In this document: one piece after another, positions 9,348-17,465 of the stretch
Layout: every line of letters begins with the position of its first letter
Numbering within the stretch: the stretch's first letter is position 1
NCBI GenBank assembly: GCA_035450185.1
Contig: DAOTMG010000004.1
Span: 10,046 to 74,045, forward strand
DNA: 64,000 nt
Source: Syntrophales bacterium
GTDB taxonomy: Bacteria; Desulfobacterota; Syntrophia; Syntrophales; UBA2192
Direction: 5' to 3'
Program-made: the position numbers and the translations under genes
Notes under the pieces: generated by a model
Databases searched by the model: none
Seen by the model: only the letters and a program-made list of their open reading frames with translations
Told to the model about the DNA's origin: nothing

Positions 9348-10178
9348 CTACTTCAGGAAGTCGGGAAGATCCTTCGTGTCCTTTCCCTGGAAACTGCAGG
9401 GGATCGGGCAGGTTTTACAGGGTCCCTTCACGCCCGGTAGCGGCGGCTCCCCCTTGATCTTCTGTTCGATGAAATCGAGACAGCGGTTCACGTCCTCGTC
9501 GGGCCCCTCGACGATCAGCGTTACGGATCCCTCGGCGCCTCCCCAGCCGCCGGCGGCGTAACAGACGGCGTCGAGCCCGAAGAGGCTCTCGATGGCCTCG
9601 ATCTCCGTGAAAACCCTCCCGTCGGCGACACAGGCCAACCCCACCCGGGCGCCGATGGTCCGGCCCAGCGTGAGAGTGCCGCCGTAGCGGGCCGCCTCCT
9701 CGACGGAAGGGATGAGTTTTTCGAGACCGACGGGATAGATGATCTCGAGTCCCCGAGCCTTCATGGCCATGTAGAACTGCCCCATTGTGCCTCCCGCGGG
9801 GTTGGCCATGAGAACGCCCACGTTTCCGAAGGCGTCGACGGCATTGCCGCCCTTGATGACAATGTCGCCGCGGGAGAGCTTGTCCAGGACGGTGCCCGGT
9901 TCAACCGGGAGGACCTGCCCCTTGTGAAATGTTACGGGCTTGGCCCTCTCCTCGGCGCTCAGAACGCAGAGCACCCCCCGGATGACCTGCCCCGCCATGG
10001 CCCTCTCCTTGGCGACCTTCTCCCCCAGGAGCTCCTCGGCGACGTAGGCCGTCGTCGAGCCGCGGCTGATCAGGAGGTAGCCTTTCATCTTTGCGTTCTG
10101 GACCTCGGGCAGGGCCGCAAGGGCCTTGCCGAGGAGCCTCTTCGATTCCGCGGGCGTCAAGGTGAACAGTCCCTGCAT
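9348..10178 (-). CDS. conserved hypothetical protein (Cys-rich C-terminus CKTCPIPC)
   Basis: Long ORF 9348-10259. I place the start at ATG 10178 (MQGLFTLTPAE...) because AGGAGG lies 7 nt upstream. Composition is globular. No family recognised. Confidence 0.6.
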   Translation of the reverse strand: MQGLFTLTPAESKRLLGKALAALPEVQNAKMKGYLLISRGSTTAYVAEELLGEKVAKERAMAGQVIRGVLCVLSAEERAKPVTFHKGQVLPVEPGTVLDKLSRGDIVIKGGNAVDAFGNVGVLMANPAGGTMGQFYMAMKARGLEIIYPVGLEKLIPSVEEAARYGGTLTLGRTIGARVGLACVADGRVFTEIEAIESLFGLDAVCYAAGGWGGAEGSVTLIVEGPDEDVNRCLDFIEQKIKGEPPLPGVKGPCKTCPIPCSFQGKDTKDLPDFLK

Positions 10179-10280
10179 ATTCGGCCTCCTTTCCCTCATG
10201 GATGGTCTGTGCGATGGAAATGCATGAGACTCCCTATCAGAAAAAGCCCCCGAGAACAAGAATCCCCATCTTCCTCCGGT

Positions 10281-10685
10281 TCAGAGATTGTCGATTTCCG
10301 CGAGGAGTTCCCGGCCGGCCTCGAGGGGTTTCATGAAGTACCACCAGTTCTTCCTGGAGGACCAGCCCTCCGCCTCCGCGACCTCGTCTCCCCAGAGGCA
10401 CCGGCCCGCCGGGACAGCCGCTTTCTTCATTCGGGCATCGGCGCGATGCAGGCGATCGGCGTACATCCCCTTTTCCCTTGCAGGGGCGACGGCGAGGGCC
10501 TCCTCGAGAAGCTGCCTTCCATCCATATCGTTCAGATAATCATCCAATCCCAGGCTGTAGCCTTCTACGACGCACTCGACGACACTTTCCCAGTTCTCGA
10601 CGAGCCCCTTCAAGCCTCCCCGGACCACATGTTTCGGGCAGCCTCTCTCTTTCAGGAATTCGGAAACGGGATTTGTCTTTGCCAT
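10281..10685 (-). CDS. hypothetical cytoplasmic protein (possible partner of the upstream lipoprotein)
   Basis: ORF 10281-10757. The likely start is ATG 10685 (MAKTNPVSEF...) with AAAGGA upstream. It begins 28 nt after the stop of the 10714-11148 gene. Confidence 0.5.
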   Translation of the reverse strand: MAKTNPVSEFLKERGCPKHVVRGGLKGLVENWESVVECVVEGYSLGLDDYLNDMDGRQLLEEALAVAPAREKGMYADRLHRADARMKKAAVPAGRCLWGDEVAEAEGWSSRKNWWYFMKPLEAGRELLAEIDNL

Positions 10686-10713
10686 TTCGCCGTCCTTTCG
10701 GGGACAATCATTT

Positions 10714-11148
10714 TCAGCGGTACCGAAGGGCCTGGCGGCGGAAATAGGCTTCTCCATCGCTCGGCCGGAAGTAAGTCCGGATCACGCCGTCGGCATCGTA
10801 GGCGATGAAGTCGCCCGTTGCCCGGTCGAAGCGGGTGACGACGCCGTCGCGCCGGACACGCTCGAGGATGTTGCGGTCCGCCGGACGATCCCTGAGCTCC
10901 TGGGCTCTCAGCAGATACTGCTCTTTTGTAATCGACCCGAATTCACGACCGTGTTTCTGGTAATGATCGATCCATTTCCGGCGTGAGGCGAAGCCGACCT
11001 CCGGCTTTGCGGTCTTCGGTTTTTCGGCGAAAGCGGCGCCTGTTTCACTTCCCTGTGGCGCCGCGGGCGGCTCGGACGGGGACGTGCAGGCGAAGGCCAG
11101 AACAAGGAGAGCAACCGCCGGGACCACCCGCCGGAAGAAAAACCGCAT
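10714..11148 (-). CDS. lipoprotein with C-terminal domain carrying an HxxKHxxEF motif
   Basis: ORF 10714-11175. The likely start is Met at 11148 (MRFFFRRVVPAVALLVLAFAC, lipobox LAFAC). A low-complexity linker is followed by WIDHYQKHGREFGSITKEQYLLRAQEL.... Confidence 0.55.
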   Translation of the reverse strand: MRFFFRRVVPAVALLVLAFACTSPSEPPAAPQGSETGAAFAEKPKTAKPEVGFASRRKWIDHYQKHGREFGSITKEQYLLRAQELRDRPADRNILERVRRDGVVTRFDRATGDFIAYDADGVIRTYFRPSDGEAYFRRQALRYR

Positions 11149-11489
11149 CGCAGACCTGCATGGCGTACGGGTCATCGGGTTTGTCAGGGTCCTCCTTTCC
11201 TCGACGCCGGCACAGGACCCCTCGGCCGCGGTGCCCTTTCAGGGAGAACGCCGTCCGTCGAGGGGAGAGACGACGGAAAATTTTTTAGCACAGAAACCGT
11301 GACTGATCAACGGTGTTTCCCCGCAATGCGGCTCCTCCCATGGGGGTTTGTTTCCTCGGGTCCGCGGGCTTCCGCTGGAAGGGAATGGATGAAATTTCAG
11401 AACAGGTTGAAGAGGGTGCTTCCGGGTGGCTTGCGAGCGGATTCAGCCGGAAAAAGAGAGGGACAGGACCGTGAGAGGTTTCCGGCCTT

Positions 11490-13634
11490 TCAGACTTTTT
11501 GAATCGGGATGGATACCCGGAAGGTGCTTCCTGTGCCCGGTTCGCTCTGGACCGTGATTTTTCCGCCCATCTCCTGCACGAGATTATTGACGATGTACAA
11601 CCCGATACCCGTTCCCGTTCCATCTTTTTTTGTGGTGAAGAAGGGAAGGAAGGCATTGTTTCTTGTGTTTTCGTCCATGCCGCAGCCGTTATCCGACACT
11701 TCGATGTTGAGATATCTCCCGTTCTCTGTTTCGCGAAACGCCCTGAGCTTGATCCAGGAGTTTTTTTTGTCCGATGCGTGCGATGCATTGATCAGCAGGT
11801 TGATGAGCACCTGCTCGATCGCCTCAACATCCGCCATGATCGCGGGCAGATCTTCTTCGACCCGTATCTGGAAGTCCTTGACGGTTTTCTTGATCTCGTT
11901 CCTGCAGATGGCAACGGCCCGTTCGATCGGTTCTCCGGGATCCATGAGCTTGATGTCGCTGCCACCCCTCTTCCTAGCGAATCCCGTGAGTTTACTGATG
12001 GTCGCATGGATCCGCTGCGCGCCGTGTTCAATGTTGTCGATCAGTTTCAGCAGGTCTTCATGCAGGTCGATATAGGACATCCCCATGATCTCGGACTGCG
12101 GATTTCGGACAGCCTGTTGCTCGAGAAGAGGAAGGACGGCCTGGATGTAATCCTTCAGAATCGGTATGTTGAAAATGATAAAATTATTCGGGTTGTTCAG
12201 CTCATGGACGATGCTGGACACGAGAAGGCCCAGAGTGGCCAGTTTCTCCCGCTGAAGTATTTCTTTTTCGAGGTTCTTTTCCTTCGTGATGTCGGTGATC
12301 CGGATAATGGCGGATCCTAATTTTCTGTGATCCTCCTGTATGGGATAAATGACCGTCTTCTTGTGGGACCCGGGTTGCCTGGAGGATGAAGATTCAAGAC
12401 TTAGTTTTTGAAAGTCGACGATTGCTGATCGAATCGACTTGAGAGAGTTGTCGTCGTAGCAGCCTTCCACGAGAGATAGGAAAGGTTTTCCGAGAACCTC
12501 GAAATAATCGGCGAAATTGAAGTGGTCGAGAGTACTCCGGTTGGCCATCAGGATATTGAGGTGACTGTCCACCAGAATCAGCGGGTCCGAAATGCTGTCA
12601 AAGACCGAACGGAGGGTGTTTCTGCTCTGCTGCAGCATACCTTCCATGCGCAGGCGTTCCGCAAGCTCTTTCTTGAGCGTTGTGTTGGCATTCGCCAGTT
12701 CTTCGTTGCGTTTCTTGATACGGTCCTCCAGATCTGCATAGGCTTTCGAAAAGGCTCTCTCCGCTCTGCGTCGCTCGGTGACGTCCTCCAGACTCACGAT
12801 GTGATTTTTTTTACCTTCGACGGGCAGCACCTTGATGGTGATCTCCCTGCCGTTCCGGAGGCGAAAGGAGGGCGGGTTTCCGTTTTGCTGCTTCTGTTTT
12901 TTGATGGAGAAAAGCCCCGTCACGCTCGAGCGTTCCCCTTCCTCGAAGTGATCGGTCCACTTCGTTGAGATCAGATCTACCTCGGGCATGCCCAGTATCG
13001 AAACGGCCGTCCGGTTTGCGAAGACGATCTTTCCCTCCTCCGTCAGTTCCACGAGACCCTCCGTCGTGCTCACAATGACGGTTTCCAGATGCTCTCTCAC
13101 GGACAGGAGTTCGGAGACGACGCTTCGGACCGGCGTGCCGGTCGGGTCTGCCATTCGGGGTTTCTTCCTCCCGGACGTTTTGTATTCGAGCGTTGAAAGA
13201 GCCTCCGTGATTTGGCTGAAAGTCTGCGGGAAAGGCCCCTTGGCGATATAGTCGTCGGCCCCCAGGTCGCTGGATTCGACAACGGCTCCGTCGACGGCCG
13301 TGGCGGTTACGATGACGATATGGACATCCCTGACGGGAGAATCCATTTGACGAATCATCCTGCAGAGCCGCTCCCCGCTGGTGTTCGGCATGACCAGATC
13401 CAGAAGCACCGCATCGACCTTCGTGGTCTTCAAGATCTCCAGGGCCCCTGCGCCGTCTTCTGCGGTGAGCACCCCGTATCCCATTTTCCTGAGACCTTTC
13501 GCGACGAGCGAAAGAAACACGGCATCGTTGTCCACAGCCAGAATGGTTCTTCGCCTCGAATCCATCGCGCATTTCTTCCGGCTTTCTGTGTGGCGTGATC
13601 GACTTCGTTTTGCCTTAACAGGACTTTCTTTCAT
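11490..13634 (-). CDS. hybrid sensor histidine kinase (REC-PAS-PAS-HisKA-HATPase)
   Basis: 714-aa ORF with an N-terminal receiver (ILAVDNDAVF...DAVLLDLVMP), PAS-like segments, H-box (SSIVHELNNP), and N/G1/G2 boxes (LINLLINASHA, DNGCGM, GTGIGL). An alternative start is Met at 13565. Confidence 0.85.
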   Translation of the reverse strand: MKESPVKAKRSRSRHTESRKKCAMDSRRRTILAVDNDAVFLSLVAKGLRKMGYGVLTAEDGAGALEILKTTKVDAVLLDLVMPNTSGERLCRMIRQMDSPVRDVHIVIVTATAVDGAVVESSDLGADDYIAKGPFPQTFSQITEALSTLEYKTSGRKKPRMADPTGTPVRSVVSELLSVREHLETVIVSTTEGLVELTEEGKIVFANRTAVSILGMPEVDLISTKWTDHFEEGERSSVTGLFSIKKQKQQNGNPPSFRLRNGREITIKVLPVEGKKNHIVSLEDVTERRRAERAFSKAYADLEDRIKKRNEELANANTTLKKELAERLRMEGMLQQSRNTLRSVFDSISDPLILVDSHLNILMANRSTLDHFNFADYFEVLGKPFLSLVEGCYDDNSLKSIRSAIVDFQKLSLESSSSRQPGSHKKTVIYPIQEDHRKLGSAIIRITDITKEKNLEKEILQREKLATLGLLVSSIVHELNNPNNFIIFNIPILKDYIQAVLPLLEQQAVRNPQSEIMGMSYIDLHEDLLKLIDNIEHGAQRIHATISKLTGFARKRGGSDIKLMDPGEPIERAVAICRNEIKKTVKDFQIRVEEDLPAIMADVEAIEQVLINLLINASHASDKKNSWIKLRAFRETENGRYLNIEVSDNGCGMDENTRNNAFLPFFTTKKDGTGTGIGLYIVNNLVQEMGGKITVQSEPGTGSTFRVSIPIQKV

Positions 13635-13646
13635 CTGCCCCGGATC

Positions 13647-14099
13647 CTAAAGACTGCTTTCAATGACCTGTTTGAGATGTTTCATGGCAACGGGCTTCAT
13701 CAAGATTTTTTTTATTCCGAAAAAGGAGGCTTCCTCGGCTGAAATCAATTCGGTGTAGCCGGAGCAGAGGATGACGGAGATATCCGATCTGATCTGCCTC
13801 AAGTGATCGGCCAGGGTCAGGCCCGTCATGTACGGCATCGTCTGGTCCGTGATGACCACGTCATAATCATCCGGTCCGGCCCTGAAGGTTTCCAGAGCCT
13901 CTACACTGTTTGTTTTCATGTGAACCTGATGACCGAATTGCCGCAGCATCTCGGCGAGATGCAGACAGAATATTTCTTCATCGTCGACGAGGAGAATGCG
14001 CTTCTTTTTCCCTGCCGCAACGCGGTACAGGTTCACCGAACCTCCCGCGGCGTTTATTTCTGTCGAATCGGTTTTTTCGACATCCGGCATAACAGACAT
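13647..14099 (-). CDS. single-domain response regulator (receiver)
   Basis: 150-aa ORF with RILLVDDEE...DVVITDQTMPYMTG...SGY...KP receiver hallmarks. It lies immediately upstream of, and co-oriented with, the kinase. Confidence 0.8.
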   Translation of the reverse strand: MSVMPDVEKTDSTEINAAGGSVNLYRVAAGKKKRILLVDDEEIFCLHLAEMLRQFGHQVHMKTNSVEALETFRAGPDDYDVVITDQTMPYMTGLTLADHLRQIRSDISVILCSGYTELISAEEASFFGIKKILMKPVAMKHLKQVIESSL

Positions 14100-14383
14100 C
14101 TCCTTTATTCTTTCAGCGGTCGAAATCTCTATCCTTCGGGGGACATCAAGAGAATTTTCGCGAAATGTGTTTCAAGATCGCCGGCGCACGGCTGTCTTCT
14201 GATCCGATCGAGCAACACCCTCCACCGTATTATCGTAAATGTCGTGAAATACTTTAAATCCGGCACAATGGATAAAAGTCCGTTCATCGCGAATGGTCTG
14301 ATTTCTTTTTCATGGATTCGGAGGACGGTGAACAAAAAAGGACGGACTCAATCGGCGATGTTCCAACCCCCGGGTTTATCTCT

Positions 14384-14401
14384 GACCATTCCAAAATGGC
14401 A
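14384..14401 (+). promoter_or_regulatory. 18-nt conserved upstream motif GACCATTCCAAAATGGCA (candidate EBP binding site), copy 1
   Basis: Identical 18-mer recurs at 18970-18987. It contains the inverted repeat CCATT-N4-AATGG and lies 178 bp upstream of the -24 element at 14562. Confidence 0.45.
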
Positions 14402-14561
14402 TCCGGGCGCAAATCCTGTGATTTCATTCATTTTTGGGATGCTGTATCCCCAAACGGCACGGTTCGAATCCACCGATGCCGTACCGGTTACCGGAGGGCA
14501 TCTTTGTCCAACTAACGAATTATATTAAGCATTATTCTCCTCAGGGGTCTTATGCGGTCGC

Positions 14562-14576
14562 TGGCACGACCGGTGC
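14562..14576 (+). promoter_or_regulatory. sigma-54 (-24/-12) promoter candidate
   Basis: TGGCACGACCGGTGC fits TGGCAC-N5-TTGC with correct GG-N10-GC spacing. It is 79 nt upstream of ATG 14655 and nearly identical to the element at 19146. Confidence 0.6.
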
Positions 14577-14654
14577 CTAAGTCGAAGGCATTAGAACAGC
14601 CATAATGCCATTGGGCGGTAGCCCGGTGTAGAATCAGAGAAGGACCTCAATGCT

Positions 14655-15098
14655 ATGAAGAAAGTCAGCCTGAGAGGAAAAACAATCACCATCGTCGGGC
14701 CTTCGACCTATGAGACCTTTTTGAAAGCCCATTACCTCACACAGGAAACGGGTGTGACCTTTCGTTTTTTTCGTGGGGAGAAATCCGGACCCCCGCCCGG
14801 CAATGACCCGGTGAGTTCGTCGGTGATCGTGCTTGTCGACTGCCAGATGGAGAAGGTGGAAAACTGCCTGCCGACAATAAAGGCCGATTCGCAGCTGAAT
14901 GGTATTTTCCTGAAGCCTCTCGTGCTTTTTAACGTGGCTCCCGAGGATGTCCAGAAGGGAGAGGCGGTGAACGGCGTGATCAAGGGTCTCCTGTCCCCCT
15001 ATGCTTCGCCGGAGGTCTTCCTCGAGATGATCATTCATGTGGCCTGCGAGGAAAGAAGATCCGCAACGGCAGAATGTGGAGCTTTGAAGCAGACATGA
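14655..15098 (+). CDS. CsgD-type N-terminal (pseudo-receiver) domain protein lacking an HTH
   Basis: 147-aa ORF. It aligns by eye with the N-domains of the LuxR-type genes at 16288 and 19227 (ITIVGP / IIILGS / ICIIGP; VLVDC / FLIDC / FLIDS; LFNV / IFNT / LFNI; GVIKGLL / GVKGIFY / SVQGIFY) but ends before any LuxR HTH. Confidence 0.6.
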   Translation: MKKVSLRGKTITIVGPSTYETFLKAHYLTQETGVTFRFFRGEKSGPPPGNDPVSSSVIVLVDCQMEKVENCLPTIKADSQLNGIFLKPLVLFNVAPEDVQKGEAVNGVIKGLLSPYASPEVFLEMIIHVACEERRSATAECGALKQT

Positions 15099-15697
15099 AA
15101 AAAAGGCGACGGATGATCAAACAAGATGACCCGCATTGCCGGTTGCCGGGTCTTTCCACCCTTCGATCAAGCCGGTCTGTGCCCCCGATAACGTGCCGCG
15201 ACGGGTTCACCTTCATCGAGATCGTGGCGGTCATTGCCATCCTGGGAATTGTAGCGGCCATGGCGCTCCCCAAATATTTCAGCCTTATGAATGAAGCGAA
15301 GCACAAGGTCGCACAAGCGGCCGTCGCCGAGGGCAATGCGAGGGTCAACTTGTGGGGGGTGAGCCAGTATCTGAAAAACGGCGTCTGGCCGACGGTTGAT
15401 CAGTACGAGGCCGCAGCGGATACGATCGGCACCGACACGGGGGAATTTATTATCTCCTATACGAAGGAGGATGTGACCACCCTGAAGATTTCGGCACGGG
15501 GAAGGGCAGCGACGAATTTCGAGGGCATCGAGGCAACGCTTCGAGTCAATCCGCCCGGAAACAGCGGCCCATCGTTGTTTCAGCCCGGAGGAAGGGTTCA
15601 GATGATTCCGAAGAAGGGAAAAAACAAATACGCTGACTTTCGAACAGGAGGGGGAAATGTCCCCGAAATCGACGGAGTCCCTGTCGGGAACCTTTAA
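15095..15697 (+). CDS. type IV pilin-like protein (prepilin N-terminal cleavage/methylation domain)
   Basis: Class III signal G|FTFIEIVAVIAILGIVAAMALP with Glu at +5. ATG 15095 overlaps the upstream stop (ATGA). Alternative in-frame GTG at 15179 would give a 9-aa leader. Confidence 0.7.
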   Translation: MKKRRRMIKQDDPHCRLPGLSTLRSSRSVPPITCRDGFTFIEIVAVIAILGIVAAMALPKYFSLMNEAKHKVAQAAVAEGNARVNLWGVSQYLKNGVWPTVDQYEAAADTIGTDTGEFIISYTKEDVTTLKISARGRAATNFEGIEATLRVNPPGNSGPSLFQPGGRVQMIPKKGKNKYADFRTGGGNVPEIDGVPVGNL

Positions 15698-15890
15698 GGT
15701 GGTGATTGCGGCTGTGGTTTGGGAAAAGCGTTTTGCGAAATTCACCCGGACATTCTCCCGCGATGGAGAGGAGACCCCGGATTCGCAGTGGGTTCCCCTG
15801 GAGAAGAAACTGGAGAGTTATCGCATTGCCGTTCGCGGAAATTCGAAGGTTCTTAAGGGCGATCGCCTGAGCGGGTGCGTCTCCTGTTAG
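15657..15890 (+). CDS. hypothetical small protein
   Basis: 77-aa ORF with a strong SD (AGGAGGGGGAA-ATG). It overlaps the pilin 3' end by 41 nt. No family recognised. Confidence 0.35.
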   Translation: MSPKSTESLSGTFKVVIAAVVWEKRFAKFTRTFSRDGEETPDSQWVPLEKKLESYRIAVRGNSKVLKGDRLSGCVSC

Positions 15891-15929
15891 ACGGCACGGA
15901 ATGATAAGACGAATGAAAGGAAGTCTACG

Positions 15930-16229
15930 ATGATGGAACCGGTAACAAGCTCAGTTCCAGAGATCAACCTGGCCGGCCACAAGCCTTCCCTGATTCTCCA
16001 GAAAAGGATCGGGGTGAAGTATGCGCTGCAGCACAGGATCATCGTATTGAGCGAGTCTGCGGAGCGGATAGAGATGGTGATCGAAGGGACTTCACCCGTG
16101 ATCATGGACGAAATCAGGAAAATGATTCCCAGGGGGAAAGAGGCGGTCTTCTTCAGGGCGGATCCCCGGGAAATCGAAGCAGCCATAACGAAACTCTATG
16201 ACCCTTACGGTTTGTCCCGGTATTGCTGA
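15930..16229 (+). CDS. stand-alone T2SSE_N/MshEN-like domain protein
   Basis: 99-aa ORF. The pattern ...KYALQHRIIVLSESAERIEMVIEG...AVFFRADPREIEAAITKLY resembles N-terminal domains of GspE/PilB/MshE ATPases. Assignment is by eye only. Confidence 0.5.
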   Translation: MMEPVTSSVPEINLAGHKPSLILQKRIGVKYALQHRIIVLSESAERIEMVIEGTSPVIMDEIRKMIPRGKEAVFFRADPREIEAAITKLYDPYGLSRYC

Positions 16230-16287
16230 TCAAAAGGAATCCATTTCAGAGATAGCGATGGTAGTCTCAGAGAGACGGGGTACGATC

Positions 16288-17001
16288 ATGAGCGGTAAAG
16301 AAATTATCATTCTCGGAAGTCAGAACTATCAAAACGAGATTCTGGCCTATTATCTCGAGCATGAAAAGGGAATCGAGTGCCGGATCCTGCCGCCCGATTG
16401 CGGGCTCGCCACGGGACATTCAGGGGCAAACAGGGGGTCACGGCTGTTTCTCATCGACTGCAGTAAGGCCGATGTCGCAAGATATTTTATGCATCCTCCG
16501 CTGGACGGGGACCGTCCTGCCTTCCAGCACCCCGTCTCGATCTTCAATACCCGGCGTGACAGCGGGATCGAGGAAAGGGCCTTGCAGAGCGGCGTCAAAG
16601 GTATTTTTTACGAGGGGTTGCCTCTGAAGGAGTTGATCGAAGGCATCTTCGAGATTTTCAATGGCGGGATCTGGTATCCGGAAGACCTGATGGCCAGATG
16701 GATATCCCGTCATCGACGACGTGATGTCGTGCATGCAAAGGAGAGACCCTTTCTCTCATGTCGGGAAGTCGAAATCATCGGAAAGCTCGCCGAGGGGCTG
16801 ACCAATGACGAAATCGCGGAGCAATTGCACATCAGTCTTTTTACCGTAAAAACGCATCTTCAGAATATTTATCGAAAAATCAAGGCCACAAACAGAACAC
16901 AGGCGATCCTCTGGGCGTTCAAAAACCTTGCCGGAAGCCGGATAGACCCGTCGTGGCCGGGGGAGACAGGTGTCGAAAGAAAAGCTGTTGGCCATCATTA
17001 G
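16288..17001 (+). CDS. CsgD/LuxR-family transcriptional regulator (pseudo-receiver + LuxR HTH)
   Basis: C-terminal LuxR HTH (LSCREVEIIGKLAEGLTNDEIAEQLHISLFTVKTHLQNIYRKI). The N-domain is CsgD-like. The start is ambiguous (16198, 16258 or 16288); 16288 was chosen to avoid overlap with the upstream ORF. Confidence 0.8.
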   Translation: MSGKEIIILGSQNYQNEILAYYLEHEKGIECRILPPDCGLATGHSGANRGSRLFLIDCSKADVARYFMHPPLDGDRPAFQHPVSIFNTRRDSGIEERALQSGVKGIFYEGLPLKELIEGIFEIFNGGIWYPEDLMARWISRHRRRDVVHAKERPFLSCREVEIIGKLAEGLTNDEIAEQLHISLFTVKTHLQNIYRKIKATNRTQAILWAFKNLAGSRIDPSWPGETGVERKAVGHH

Positions 17002-17465
17002 AAAGATTCTGCAAACCGATGAGGATCTAAATTTCCTGCTTCGTCTCGACGACGGGGAACTCTGCAAACTTGTCGTGCTGATGAGACATAGACTCGATCG
17101 GCAGAGCAGCTCCTGAACCAATCCTCTCGCGCCTTTTATTATCGCGGTTAACAGCGGAAAATGACAGGTCATTGCCTGATTTTTGCATGAAACAAAAGGG
17201 GCGGTGATTGTCTGCTTCAAAATGGATTTCTCGTCACGTATCTAATTGAAATTGTTATATGATATCATAAACCCTTGTCGATGGGCGATCATGGCCCTCA
17301 AGGCTGTGCGGGGCGAGGTCTCGCCGGAGGCGGGTCGATCGATCAAAAAATTCGGTAACTCTGCAAAACGGAGACAGGCAGGCTCCGGGAAAAGGGTGTT
17401 TTCAAGGTGGTACCGCCCGATCACCCGAGTTCGGGCAAATCAGGCAGGGCAGACGAGCGACAGAG

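Noticed and set aside
8835-10178. Single giant recoded gene reading through TAG (9350-9348) and TGA (9053-9051), i.e. pyrrolysine plus selenocysteine
   Set aside because: All three segments are in one frame, but there is no supporting evidence: no PYLIS- or SECIS-like structure that I could see. The TGA is at a non-catalytic position, the catalytic Cys residues are lost, and the fusion partners are unrelated domains. Coincidence plus gene decay is far more likely.
11285-11788. 167-aa minus-strand ORF overlapping the 3' end of the histidine kinase gene
   Set aside because: It overlaps the kinase in a different frame, its sequence is Ser/Arg/Pro-rich and low-complexity, and it has no RBS or motif.
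14397-14411. TGGCA inside the conserved 18-mer as a second sigma-54 -24 element (also at 18983)
   Set aside because: The downstream -12 positions do not fit: at 14397 the GC is one nt too close (CGCA), and at 18983 there is TTTTA with no GC. The conserved part is the upstream palindrome, not a promoter.
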